Shown: in pieces, positions 54,208 through 64,000 of the stretch | Layout of the letters: the number at the start of each line of letters is the position of its first letter | How positions within the stretch are numbered: the first letter of the stretch is position 1 | DNA from: an uncultured Candidatus Entotheonella sp. | Lineage (GTDB): Bacteria > Tectomicrobia > Entotheonellia > Entotheonellales > Entotheonellaceae | Direction of reading: 5' to 3' | Assembly: GCA_965215335.1 (NCBI GenBank) | Contig: CBDCDA010000002.1 | Location: 352,001-416,000 of the forward strand | Length of the DNA stretch: 64,000 bases | Program-made: the position numbers and the translations under genes | The notes under the pieces: generated by a model | What the model was told of the DNA's origin: nothing | Seen by the model: the letters and a program-made list of their open reading frames with translations, nothing else | Databases searched by the model: none

Positions 54208-55965
54208 ATGTCCAATACGCGCAAGCCGCTGCATTATACGTTGCAATTCCCGGCTCCTCATACTCACTACGTTGAAGTGACCCTGACGGTCCCCACGGGC
54301 GAGCAGCCCGCCGTCGATCTCCGCATGGCCGTATGGACGCCCGGCTCCTATCTGGTCCGGGAATACGCCCGCCACGTCGAAGCCGTGGAAGCACAGGCCG
54401 CCGACGGGCGGCCCTTGTGCGTCAGCAAAATCAGCAAGAACCGCTGGCGCGTCACCGCCGCCGGCGCCGATCCGGTGCGCGTGACCTACCGCGTCTATTG
54501 CCGCGAAATGTCCGTTCGCACCAACTGGGTCGAGGCCGACTTCGCCCTGCTCAACGGCGCCCCGACGTTCCTGACCCTCGTGGAGGACGATCCCAGACCC
54601 CATAACGTCCAAGTGGTTCTGCCGCCAAACTGGGCAACGATCATGACTGGCCTGATCGCCAGTCCCGAACTCGGTAAACATGGCTACCGCGCCGCCGATT
54701 TCGACGCGCTCGTCGATACACCCATCCTCGCCGGCAACCCCGCCGTGCACACGTTCGAGGTTGACGGCAAACCGCACTACCTGGTTAACGAGGGCGAAGC
54801 CGGCGTGTGGGACGGCTCGCGCTCGGCCAGCGACACGGAGAAGATCGTGCACGCTCATTGGCGCATGTGGGGTGGGCGCCTGCCCTATGATCAATACCTC
54901 TTCCTGAACCTGCTCACGCAGGCTGGCGGCGGTCTTGAACACCGCAATTCGACCGTACTGATGACCAATCGCTGGAACACCCGCGGCCGCGAGCCTTACC
55001 TCGACTGGCTGCGTTTGGTGAGCCACGAATACTTCCACGTCTGGAACGTCAAGCGGCTACGCCCGGCAGAATTGGGGCCTTTTGATTATGAGCGCGAAGT
55101 ATATACCAAAAACCTGTGGATCGCCGAAGGCGTCACGGCCTACTACACCGAGCTGGGCGTGCGGCGCGCCGGGCTGTGCAGCGACGCGGAATTCCTCGAC
55201 GGCCTCTCCGGCCTGATCCGGCGCTTGCAGACCACCCCCGGACGGCTCGTTCATCCCCTGGAGATGGCCTCGCACGACGCCTGGATCAAGCTCTATCGCA
55301 GCGACGAGAATTCTCCCAACACCACCATCAGCTACTACACCAAGGGCGCCGTCGTGGCCTTCCTGCTGGACGCCAAAATCCGCGCCGCCACGGACGGTTC
55401 CAAAAGCCTTGACGAGGTGCTGCGGCTGGCTTACACGCGCTATTCGGGCGAGCGGGGTTTCACCCGTGAAGAATTCCGCGCCGCGGCGCAAGAGGTTGCG
55501 GGAGGAATACCGTTGCACGACTGGTTCGCCAGCACGCTGGAAACTACGGCGGAATTGGATTACACGGCGGCGTTGGACTGGCTGGGACTGCGCTTCGCCC
55601 CGGCTGAAGCGTCTTGTCCGGGAGGTTGGACCGGCCTGGAGACGCACATCGTTCGGGGTCGCCTGCTGATTTCCCAGATGCGGCGCGAAACGCCTGGCTG
55701 GCACGCCGGTTTCAACGTTGACGACGAAATCCTGGCCATTGACGACGACCGCGTACTGCCGGACCAATGGCAAGCGCGGCTCAAGCAGTACCAGCCCGGC
55801 GACCGTGTTTCCGTGCTCATCGCCCGCCGCGACCGCCTGCGGAGGCTCGATATCTTCCTTGAAGCCGAACCACCGAACGTCTGGAAGCTGGAGCCGCACC
55901 CCGGCGCCGGCGAAGCCCAATTGGCCCGGCGGGCTGCCTGGCTAGCGGGCTCGGTTGCCCCTTGA
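54208..55965 (+). CDS. M61 family metallopeptidase with PDZ domain
   Basis: WTPGSY, GGLEH, HEYFH, ISYYTKG. Confidence 0.95.
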   Translation: MSNTRKPLHYTLQFPAPHTHYVEVTLTVPTGEQPAVDLRMAVWTPGSYLVREYARHVEAVEAQAADGRPLCVSKISKNRWRVTAAGADPVRVTYRVYCREMSVRTNWVEADFALLNGAPTFLTLVEDDPRPHNVQVVLPPNWATIMTGLIASPELGKHGYRAADFDALVDTPILAGNPAVHTFEVDGKPHYLVNEGEAGVWDGSRSASDTEKIVHAHWRMWGGRLPYDQYLFLNLLTQAGGGLEHRNSTVLMTNRWNTRGREPYLDWLRLVSHEYFHVWNVKRLRPAELGPFDYEREVYTKNLWIAEGVTAYYTELGVRRAGLCSDAEFLDGLSGLIRRLQTTPGRLVHPLEMASHDAWIKLYRSDENSPNTTISYYTKGAVVAFLLDAKIRAATDGSKSLDEVLRLAYTRYSGERGFTREEFRAAAQEVAGGIPLHDWFASTLETTAELDYTAALDWLGLRFAPAEASCPGGWTGLETHIVRGRLLISQMRRETPGWHAGFNVDDEILAIDDDRVLPDQWQARLKQYQPGDRVSVLIARRDRLRRLDIFLEAEPPNVWKLEPHPGAGEAQLARRAAWLAGSVAP

Positions 55966-55971
55966 CCTGTC

Positions 55972-56075
55972 TGAGAGGGTGTTTGTGAAGGTGGTGAGAC
56001 CGGTTCGGAGACGCCATCCTTTACCTGCTGCGCACGGGCTGTTCCTGATGCATGCTGACCCACGCCTGCCGCCTT
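55972..56075 (+). mobile_element. IS5-family (IS427/IS1031-like) transposase scrap
   Basis: DAILYLLRTGCS*CML resembles the conserved N-terminal motif. Confidence 0.55.
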
Positions 56076-56093
56076 GATCGAATCCTGTGGGGC

Positions 56094-57380
56094 TTAATCC
56101 TTGACGATGCCGATTTCGACCATCATGCCGGGTTTGAGGAGACCGTCGGTGTTGGCGACGGTGATCTGGACGGGGATGCGCTGCTCGACCTTGGTAAAGC
56201 TGCCGGTGGGGGGGAACAGGGCGAACTCGGAAATGGCGGCGTGGCCGATGGTGTCCACGGTGCCCTGGAATTCGCGGTCGGGATAGGCGTCTACCGCGAT
56301 GTCGACGGGCTTGCCGACGGCGACGTCGCGGATATACGACTCCTTGATATTGGCCAGAATCCACACGTCATGCGGGTCGCCGATCACCAGCACCGGCTGG
56401 CCCTTCTGTACGACCTGGCCTTCCTCGACGCGCTTGCGGCTGATGATGCCGGAGATCGGGCTTTTCAGCACCGTTTTGCCCACGTTGCGTTCCGCGAGGT
56501 CGCGCTTGGCGCGCGCCTCTTTGAGTTGCGCCTCCAGGATGTTGATGCGCTCCTGGCGAACCTGGCTGCGTTCGCCCTCGGTCTCCGCCAGGCGCACGCT
56601 GGCAAGGGCTTTCTCGACCTCCTCCTCCAGCTTCTGCACGCGATGGCGGTGTACTTCAATGTTTTTCTGCGAGGTCAACGCGCTGTCCAGCCGCACCTGA
56701 AGCTGCGCCGCGCGCTCCTGCGCAGCGCTGAGACGCGCCCTGGCTTGGGCTAATTCGTCTTGGGCGTCGTCACGGTTGGTGACGGACAAGATGCCCTCGT
56801 CATACAACGTGCTGACGCGCTCCCAGTTGTTCTCGGCGCTACGTACCTGCCCCTGCATCTCGGCGACAGCGGACTCGGCTTCCTTGAGGGCCGCCTCAGC
56901 TTCGGCCACTTGGTTTCTCAGCTGATCGGTTTCGATCTCCCGCGCCGTTCTCTCTTCCGCCAGGGCGCTCTTCTTGGCGCCGTGCTCGGCGCGGGCGTGG
57001 GCAATCTGGTCCTGCGCGCGTTTGCCGTCGAGTTGAAGCTCCTCGCGGATTTCCTTGAGCTGGAAGGCGATCATGTCCACCCGTGCCTGCGCCTCTTCAA
57101 AGTGGAGCTTGTAATCCGTTCTGTACAATTCCAGCAGCACGTCGTTTTTCTGCACCACGCTGCCCTCGCCGACATGCAGGGCCCGCACCGTACCGCCTAC
57201 CTTCGGCGCTACCGATACCATCAGGCCCTTGACGCGCGCATCGTCGGTCACCACGTGCCGCGTCGTGTAGAGCCAGTAATCGATTCCGTAATACAAGCCA
57301 ACGATCACCCCGAGACCCAGGACAATAGCGGGTAGAATGACGCGCAGGCGGCCCGGTAGGGCGGCGATTCTTTCGGCCAT
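56094..57380 (-). CDS. HlyD/EmrA-type membrane fusion protein
   Basis: TM, TDDARV, coiled coil, TGSFTKVEQRIPV. Confidence 0.93.
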   Translation of the reverse strand: MAERIAALPGRLRVILPAIVLGLGVIVGLYYGIDYWLYTTRHVVTDDARVKGLMVSVAPKVGGTVRALHVGEGSVVQKNDVLLELYRTDYKLHFEEAQARVDMIAFQLKEIREELQLDGKRAQDQIAHARAEHGAKKSALAEERTAREIETDQLRNQVAEAEAALKEAESAVAEMQGQVRSAENNWERVSTLYDEGILSVTNRDDAQDELAQARARLSAAQERAAQLQVRLDSALTSQKNIEVHRHRVQKLEEEVEKALASVRLAETEGERSQVRQERINILEAQLKEARAKRDLAERNVGKTVLKSPISGIISRKRVEEGQVVQKGQPVLVIGDPHDVWILANIKESYIRDVAVGKPVDIAVDAYPDREFQGTVDTIGHAAISEFALFPPTGSFTKVEQRIPVQITVANTDGLLKPGMMVEIGIVKD

Positions 57381-57453
57381 AAGGCGTGCGTTCCTGAGAG
57401 AAGGGATTCTGATGTGTTACGGTGTGCAGGTGAGATGGCTGATGCTATCACAT

Positions 57454-60400
57454 TCAAAGCTTGCTGGCCAGGAGCCGCTGCAAGCTGCCCTTGAGCCGGA
57501 TCAGGCGTTCGGCGGGCGCTCCGGCGGGGTCGGGAATGCGCACCACGTGCTCGGACTGAAAACGATATCCGGGGTTGTCGGACTCCAGCCACGGCAGCAG
57601 CCGGTCCGGCGCCAGCGGCGTCGAGGCGTGAAAGGCAAGGCAGACCTCTGACCCCTGTTGCTCGATGCGTTCCAGGCCCAGTTGCCGGGCCAGTATCTTG
57701 ATTTCCAACACCTCTAGCAGCTGCAGCGTGGCTTCTGGCAGCACGCCGAAGCGATCCTGCATTTCGTTGCGGAGTTCCTGCAACGCCGCGCTACTGGTCG
57801 CCGCCGACAGGCGCCGGTACAACTGCAGGCGCTGGGTTGCGTTCGCCACGTAGCTCTCCGGGATGTGCCCCTGCCCCCCCAGGCGCAATTCGGGTTCCAC
57901 CCACACGGTGACGGCCTCGCCCTTCGCCTCGCGCACCGCCTCGGCCATCATCTGGCAATACAGGTCGAACCCCACGCTGTTCAGGTGGCCGGATTGCTGC
58001 GGCCCCAGCAGGTTGCCGGCACCGCGGATTTCCAAGTCGCGGGAGGCCAGGTGGAAGCCGGACCCCAGCTCGGAAAACTCCTCGAACGCCTCAATCCGCC
58101 GTCGCGCTACGCCGGAGAGCAGCGCCTCGCCGGAAATGAGCAGGTAGGCATACGCCTGGATCAGGCCGCGTCCGACCCTGCCGCGCAATTGGTGCATCTG
58201 TGCCAGGCCGAAAGCGTCGGCATGGTTGATGATGATGGTGTTGACCGACGGGATGTCGAGGCCGGATTCGATGATCGTGGTGCACAGCAGCAGGTCGAAG
58301 TCGCGACGCAGGAAGTCCAGCATGACCGCCTCCAGCTGGCGTTCCGGCATCTGGCCGTGCGCGATGCGGATGCGGCACTCGGGCACCAAGCGCTGCAGCA
58401 TGGCGTGGATGACCGGCAGGCTGGCGATATGGTTGTGCACGAAAAACACCTGCCCCTGCCGCGCCAGTTCCTGCCGCACGGCGCGCTCCACGATCGCTTC
58501 GCTGAACGGCATGACCACCGTCTCGATGGCGCTGCGGCCGCCGGGCGGCGTCGCCATGATGGTGCAATCGCGCAGGCCGCTGAGCGCCATCTGCAGCGAG
58601 CGCGGAATGGGCGTGGCGGTGAGAATGAGCACGTCGGTCTTTATGCTCAGCCGCTTGATGCACTCTTTGTGCCCAACCCCGAAGCGGTGCTCTTCATCGA
58701 CCACCAGCAGACCCAGGTCTTTGAAGCGGATGTCCTTCTGCAGCAGGCGGTGGGTGCCGATGACAATATCCACCGTTCCCTCCTGCAGCCCTTTCAGCGT
58801 CCGGGTCCGTTCCTTACGGCTGTTCAGGCGGCTCAGCATGGCCACCCGCGTGCCGAATGCCCCGAAGCGCCGCTGAAAGGTCTCGGCGTGCTGCTGTGCC
58901 AGCACCGTGGTGGGCACCAGAACGGCCACCTGCGTGCCGTCGAACACCGCCTTGAAGGCGGCGCGCAGGGCGACTTCGGTCTTGCCGTAACCCACGTCGC
59001 CGCACACCAGCCGCTCCATCGGCCGCGGCCGTTCCATATCGCTCAGCACATCCTGAATGGCCTGCATCTGGTCATCGGTTTCGACGTACTCGAAGCCATT
59101 TTCAAACGCCTGGTGCAGCGTCGTGGGCGCCGAGAACCGGTGGCCGACGTCCTGCTGGCGCGAGGCGTGCAGGCTGACCATCTCGCCGGCCATGTCGAGC
59201 AGCGCAGCCTTGACGCGGGCCTTGGTACGCGCCCAGGTGGCAGCTCCCAGGCGGTCGAGCGGCGCCTTGACGCCCTCGTCACTGCCGTTGCGGTATTTCT
59301 CCACCAGGCTGAGGCGGTAAGACGGGACGTAGAGCTTGGCGTCGGCGGCGTAGATGATCTCCATGAATTCGCCACCCTGGTGGTCCAGGTCCAGGAACGT
59401 CATGCCGCCGAAGCGCCCGATGCCGTAATCGGCGTGCACCACCAAGTCGCCGGGGCGCAGCGTGCTGATATGGCTCGTGGGATGCGCCGTACTGGCGGGG
59501 GATGACGCGGCCTGCTGTTTGTCGCCGAACAGGTCGCCCGCGCACAGGACCACGAGGCGTTCGTCGGGCCACAGGAAGCCGTGGCTCAGGCTGCCGACGG
59601 CCAGCAGCGTACTGCCCGGCGGGGTAGCGCCTTCACCCAGACATTCCGCGGCGCTGTCCGTGATGTGGCAATCCAGATCGTACGACGCCAGCACGTCGTG
59701 CAGCCGCCGCGCCTCCGGGGCGGAGCGGCACAGGATGAGCACGCCGAAGCCGTCGCTGTGCCATTGCTGCAGGTGCGCGATAAAGCGCCCCAGATTGCCC
59801 GCAAATGCCGGGGTTCCGCGCATCCGCAGTTCAGAGAGGTCAGCGGAGAGTGGGCTTCGGTAGCGGGGCAGCGCGATGTCGATTCGCTCGTGCAACTGCC
59901 GGTTCAGCGTTGTCACGTCGACACATCGCTCGGCGGCCAATGGCACGGTGCTGTCACCCAGTCGCATGGCGATTGGCGGCGGGAGCTGGTTCAGGGTGAT
60001 CTGGATGTCCTCCAGATCGACGCAACACAGCGTCACGGCCTCCGGCAGATTGCCCAACGGGCTTTCCGGGTCATCGGAAGAGAAGGTGTCCAGACCCCAC
60101 GGCCAGGCGGCGGGATGCTTCTGGCGCCAATACTCGAAGTGGGCGGCGATTTTGGCGTCATGCCAGTCGTGAGCGCGCAAATGCGCCCGCAGCCGATCCC
60201 AACCCGACGTTTCGAAACCCTGTGGCGGCAGCCCGTGCAGCGGCGCGATGAAGATGCCTCGTCGCTCGGCCACTGACAACTGCGAGGTGACGTCGAAGGC
60301 GCGGATGGTTTCCACCTCGTCGCCGAAGAACTCGAGGCGCCAAGGCAGACTTTGGCCGGGCGAAAAAACGTCCAGAATGCCGCCGCGCAGGGCGAATTCA

Positions 60401-60897
60401 CCAGCCGCTTCCACCATGGAGGTGCGCCGGTAGCCGCGCTCGACCAATGCCGCCGCGAAGCCCGGCAGCGGCTTGACATCGCCGATGCGAACCGGCAACA
60501 GGCGCTCGGCGAATGGTCTCGGTGCCGTACCGTAACGCAGCGAGGCGACAGCGGCGACCACGACCACGGGTTCGCCGCTGCGCAGCCGCCACAGAGGCAG
60601 GTCGGCTGACAGCACCCGGGGCTGTGTTCCTTGCGGTTCAGGTATATAACCCAGAACGGTGTCGGATGTCGCAGAACAGGCGGAGCCTGGCGAATCGGCG
60701 AGAAAACAACGCAGGTCGTTGATCAGCTCATCGCGGCACGCGGGCTCCGGCGTTACCACGAACAGCGCCGCCCGTCGTTCGGCGAACCAGCGTGCCAGCA
60801 GGTAGCCCTGGCCGCCTGGCCGCGACCCGCGCAGGATCTGCGGCGTCAATCGGCCCGTCTCGCTATGACGGACGCGGTCGTTTACAGGTATCGACAT
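57454..60897 (-). CDS. mfd: transcription-repair coupling factor
   Basis: CGDVGYGKTEVA, DEEHRFG, TATPIPR, QLRGRVGR, TRCF C-terminus; start codon uncertain. Confidence 0.96.
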   Translation of the reverse strand: MSIPVNDRVRHSETGRLTPQILRGSRPGGQGYLLARWFAERRAALFVVTPEPACRDELINDLRCFLADSPGSACSATSDTVLGYIPEPQGTQPRVLSADLPLWRLRSGEPVVVVAAVASLRYGTAPRPFAERLLPVRIGDVKPLPGFAAALVERGYRRTSMVEAAGEFALRGGILDVFSPGQSLPWRLEFFGDEVETIRAFDVTSQLSVAERRGIFIAPLHGLPPQGFETSGWDRLRAHLRAHDWHDAKIAAHFEYWRQKHPAAWPWGLDTFSSDDPESPLGNLPEAVTLCCVDLEDIQITLNQLPPPIAMRLGDSTVPLAAERCVDVTTLNRQLHERIDIALPRYRSPLSADLSELRMRGTPAFAGNLGRFIAHLQQWHSDGFGVLILCRSAPEARRLHDVLASYDLDCHITDSAAECLGEGATPPGSTLLAVGSLSHGFLWPDERLVVLCAGDLFGDKQQAASSPASTAHPTSHISTLRPGDLVVHADYGIGRFGGMTFLDLDHQGGEFMEIIYAADAKLYVPSYRLSLVEKYRNGSDEGVKAPLDRLGAATWARTKARVKAALLDMAGEMVSLHASRQQDVGHRFSAPTTLHQAFENGFEYVETDDQMQAIQDVLSDMERPRPMERLVCGDVGYGKTEVALRAAFKAVFDGTQVAVLVPTTVLAQQHAETFQRRFGAFGTRVAMLSRLNSRKERTRTLKGLQEGTVDIVIGTHRLLQKDIRFKDLGLLVVDEEHRFGVGHKECIKRLSIKTDVLILTATPIPRSLQMALSGLRDCTIMATPPGGRSAIETVVMPFSEAIVERAVRQELARQGQVFFVHNHIASLPVIHAMLQRLVPECRIRIAHGQMPERQLEAVMLDFLRRDFDLLLCTTIIESGLDIPSVNTIIINHADAFGLAQMHQLRGRVGRGLIQAYAYLLISGEALLSGVARRRIEAFEEFSELGSGFHLASRDLEIRGAGNLLGPQQSGHLNSVGFDLYCQMMAEAVREAKGEAVTVWVEPELRLGGQGHIPESYVANATQRLQLYRRLSAATSSAALQELRNEMQDRFGVLPEATLQLLEVLEIKILARQLGLERIEQQGSEVCLAFHASTPLAPDRLLPWLESDNPGYRFQSEHVVRIPDPAGAPAERLIRLKGSLQRLLASKL

Positions 60898-60901
60898 GTC
60901 T

Positions 60902-61169
60902 TCAGCCAAGGGTGTCGAGGCACTGCACGAGAGGCAACCCCGACGAGATCATGGCGGCACATTGCCGGGTGAACACGACGAGGGCCTTGACGCCGCCGCC
61001 CGTGCGGCCGGGTATGTTGAGGTTCATCTCCCTGGGCCACGCGCGGCGACGCGCCGATGAGTTGACGCTGTCGCTGCGCCAAGGCAGCCGCGCGACGGTC
61101 GGCGACGTCGGCCTGGCCCGGCTGTGTGGCGCCAGCAGGCGTGCGCACCGTGCAGGTGAAAGTCGGCAT
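60902..61169 (-). pseudogene. pilC: PilC/GspF N-terminal remnant
   Basis: MPTFT...G, then frameshift to LVVFTRQCAAMISSGLPLVQCLDTL*; truncated. Confidence 0.8.
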
Positions 61170-61186
61170 GGGCTGTCGGTCATCCT

Positions 61187-62059
61187 TTAATCGAGATGGG
61201 CTTCGAGCGCCGGACGCACCGTCTCCAAGGGGAAGGCAAGGCCGGTCCAGATCGTGAACGCCGCCGCCCCTTGGCCCATCAGCATGTCAAGGCCACCAAT
61301 CGTGGTAGCGCCGGCGGCTCGGGCGTCCTGCAGAAATGGCGTGTTCAAAGGGCGGTAGACGATGTCGTAGACGATTTGCTCCGGCCTGAAGCAGCGGCCG
61401 GGCAGCAGCGGTTCGTCGCCTTCGTGCATCCCGAGCGAGGTGGCGTTCACAACCAGCCGGCTCTGCCGGGCGGCGTCGGCGGCATCTGACATCGGCACGG
61501 CGCGCAGCTCGGCGGCCGTAAACCGTTTCTGCAAGTCGGCGGCCAGACGCTCGCTGCGGGCGTGGGTGCGATTGGTGATGACCAGCCGCGGGCAGCCGGC
61601 GTTCAGCAACGCCGCTGCCAAGGCCCGCGCCGCGCCACCGGCGCCCAGGACGCACACAGGGAACTGGTGCAAAGGCGTTCCCAGACTTTGCAATGGCTGC
61701 AAAAATCCAGCGCCGTCCGTATTGTGGCCAGTGGTCCGTCCGTCGTGTATGTGTACCGTATTGACGGCGCCGATCGCTCTCGCATCGCCCGTCACCTCGT
61801 CGAGGCACGCCATGATGGCTTCCTTGTGCGGGATGGTCACGTTAAAGCCCGCCATCCCCAGGGCCACCGCCCCGGCCACGGCCCTGGCGAGGTCGTCCGG
61901 TGGCACGGAGAAAGGCACGTAGACGGCGTCCAGCCCGTGGTGGCGGAACGCCAGGGTGTGCATCAGGGGCGACAGGGAATGCCCGATGGGATAGCCCATG
62001 ATGCCGTACAGCCGGGTGGACCCGGAGACGGTGGTGGGGGACGTGGATTCGGCTGGCAT
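61187..62059 (-). CDS. aroE: shikimate dehydrogenase
   Basis: HSLSPLMH, NVTIPHK, GAVNT, NTDG, GAGGAA. Confidence 0.97.
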   Translation of the reverse strand: MPAESTSPTTVSGSTRLYGIMGYPIGHSLSPLMHTLAFRHHGLDAVYVPFSVPPDDLARAVAGAVALGMAGFNVTIPHKEAIMACLDEVTGDARAIGAVNTVHIHDGRTTGHNTDGAGFLQPLQSLGTPLHQFPVCVLGAGGAARALAAALLNAGCPRLVITNRTHARSERLAADLQKRFTAAELRAVPMSDAADAARQSRLVVNATSLGMHEGDEPLLPGRCFRPEQIVYDIVYRPLNTPFLQDARAAGATTIGGLDMLMGQGAAAFTIWTGLAFPLETVRPALEAHLD

Positions 62060-62157
62060 GCTGCCCTCCTGCACCGGCTCGCTGTGGATGCGGGGCGGTC
62101 GAGTTGTTCGCGGGACGCAACCGCGAGGGAATGCCCGCTCTCGCCGATTCGCGGGCA

Positions 62158-63324
62158 TCAGGATGGTCGGTCCAACCGCGCCAGCCGTTCGATGAACCGG
62201 GGTTTGCGCGCGTGCCGCTCGCGGAGCGAGCGAACGCGGTCCCTGAAGGTCTCCGTTTCGCCGTCTTCACCGGCCAGCGCTTGCAGGTCCAGGATCAGGG
62301 TCATGGCCTGTTCATAGCCATCGGGATTACGTTTTGAGATCGCCTTTTCGACCTCGTTCCAGACCTCTGCTCCCCGACGTCTGACGGCATCGAGGCGTAT
62401 CCGCTGCGCCGCCTCGGCCGCTCGCGCCTGCCGCTGTCGCTCGGCCTCCCGTCGTTCGGCATCGATGGCCTCGCGCGTTGCGCGCCTCTCGGCTGCGCGA
62501 CTACGAAGGTCGGCGACTGTCCTGCGATCCGTGTACGTCTCACCTGCCGCAACCGCGACGGCCTTGCGAACCCGGGACCGAACCTCCGCCGCCACGTGCG
62601 GGTCGCCGTTGGCAAGACGCTGAAGCAGCGCCGTTTTCTCGTCTTCCGGAATGGCCGCGATGGCCTCACGGGCCGTATCAGCGGAAGATTCTCCATCATC
62701 CTTGAACCCTGGTGCTTCCACAGCCGATTGCAGGAGGTCCGGATCAAGGCGGAAGAAATCGGCAAACGCTTCGAGCGCTCGGGTAAGCGGCCCGATGCCC
62801 GGCAGCGGCTCCGTCTCGTCATCTGCCAGTTCGCCTGTCTCCAGCGCCTTGAGCCAGAGGAGATAGAAAAGTCTCAGGTCGCCGGAGAGCACGTCAGCGC
62901 GAAGCGGCGCCAGCGCCCCGAGCCACCCGGTGCCGTCGTCCCCATCGTCCCACTCATCGTATTCCGACAGCTCATCGTCGTAGATATCGATGCCTATATC
63001 GACGATCAGATTCTCGCCGGACGCCAGGATATCGACGAGGTCGGTCCGGCGCAGAAAGGCATCGAGGCGGGAACGGTCGACGAGGCGTTTCGGCAAGCGG
63101 ATCATCAGCCGCCGTGTTCCCCAGTTGGCGAGATAGAGATGCAGGTCGAACCAGCGCTCCATCAGTTTTTGGGGATCGCCCTTGAAGTCGCCCCATTCGT
63201 AGTGATTGGTAAAGCTGGTGGCCGTGATCCGCGCCCGCGTCGACAACTCGCGCAGCGCCGACCTGTCCGGCTCGCTGAGCGGCCGGTCGATAGCCTGGAA
63301 TTCGTAGTACTGATACTCGCTCAA
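62158..63324 (-). CDS. conserved hypothetical protein (MSEYQYYEF-type)
   Basis: TTG start after AAGGAGG; SEYQYYEFQAIDRPL...YLANWGTRRLMIRLP; helical C-terminus ending HARKPRFIERL. Confidence 0.85.
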   Translation of the reverse strand: MSEYQYYEFQAIDRPLSEPDRSALRELSTRARITATSFTNHYEWGDFKGDPQKLMERWFDLHLYLANWGTRRLMIRLPKRLVDRSRLDAFLRRTDLVDILASGENLIVDIGIDIYDDELSEYDEWDDGDDGTGWLGALAPLRADVLSGDLRLFYLLWLKALETGELADDETEPLPGIGPLTRALEAFADFFRLDPDLLQSAVEAPGFKDDGESSADTAREAIAAIPEDEKTALLQRLANGDPHVAAEVRSRVRKAVAVAAGETYTDRRTVADLRSRAAERRATREAIDAERREAERQRQARAAEAAQRIRLDAVRRRGAEVWNEVEKAISKRNPDGYEQAMTLILDLQALAGEDGETETFRDRVRSLRERHARKPRFIERLARLDRPS

Positions 63325-63524
63325 TGACTGACCTCCTTCGTGCTCAGGGGGGCCTCGATGTCGCTGCAACGGGTCGTTTGTATACTGAGCCAGGGGATCC
63401 GAATCAGTGGCCGCGCAGCCTCTGGGTTGCCCATCGGTCACGGGGAGCCTATCTTTATGCCTGTAACGCTCACAACAAGAAGCTCGGGACTGTGTGCCGC
63501 GGGATGCGGGGACAAGGATCTGCG

Positions 63525-64000
63525 ATGAATGCCCCTGAGGGCTACAAGGACTTCACGACCCGCCTCAAACTGTTGATCAGCAAACAGCCTGAACTCATTA
63601 CGACGACGCTCGGAAATATCTTCACGTTGCGGCTTATCGGGAACAAAACACACGGGGACCTCGCCGAAATTGCCATTGCCGAGTTCATCAATCAATTCAT
63701 GTACGACTTTCGCTCCGTTCACGTCGGGAAGGACCTGTACCGAGCCAAGTCTCAAGAAGAAGACATCAAGGTCATCAGCGAGATCACGAAGGACGAGTTT
63801 CCAGGCAGCCTCAAGGCGTACGGCGATGGACCGCTGCAATTGTCCACGGACAAGACCTATTCCATGTTTCCACGCCTTGTGCAGGAAGACGGTGACATCG
63901 TTGGAACCGATAACATCAGGAAAATTCTCGATGAACCCGCGTTCGCCAATTTCAGCAACACCAATGTTTTGCCGTTGATTTATGATGAGAAAACTCAACG
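63525..64000 (+). CDS. type II restriction endonuclease, SspI-like (runs off window end)
   Basis: translated by hand: MNAPEGYKDFTTRLKLLI...RLIGNKTHGDLAEIAIAEFINQFMYDF...EEDI...SLKAYGDGPLQLSTDK; closely resembles my recollection of R.SspI; lower GC. Confidence 0.75.
   Translation, partial: MNAPEGYKDFTTRLKLLISKQPELITTTLGNIFTLRLIGNKTHGDLAEIAIAEFINQFMYDFRSVHVGKDLYRAKSQEEDIKVISEITKDEFPGSLKAYGDGPLQLSTDKTYSMFPRLVQEDGDIVGTDNIRKILDEPAFANFSNTNVLPLIYDEKTQ

Noticed and set aside
63438..63998. 186-aa minus-strand ORF in the track
   Set aside because: Antisense shadow of the plus-strand restriction endonuclease.

Overview
GC-rich bacterial chromosomal window. The gene content (GspK/GspN type II secretion genes, Lon, biosynthetic SpeA, aroE next to a pilC remnant, sigma54/IHF promoter) resembles Deltaproteobacteria-like lineages such as Tectomicrobia; this is inference only. 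Housekeeping genes include alaS, moaC, thiI, speA, proA, gltBD, a fabH-like gene, lon, hisC, amtB, a tcuA-etfBA-comB cluster, hisS, mfd and aroE. Between them lie many gene remnants and IS fragments (IS4/ISAba1-like, IS5, IS481, IS630). An accessory region at about 5-21 kb holds an MBL-TPR protein, an orphan type III Mod methyltransferase with a low-GC target-recognition domain, and a secreted 19 x 15-aa repeat protein with two hypervariable residue pairs per repeat. That gene is split from its signal peptide by an intact IS5 element with a 4-bp target duplication. The right end starts a probable defence island: a conserved hypothetical gene, then an SspI-like type II restriction endonuclease absent from the ORF track. 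No rRNA, tRNA or CRISPR array was seen. All family assignments are from motif recognition, not database searches.
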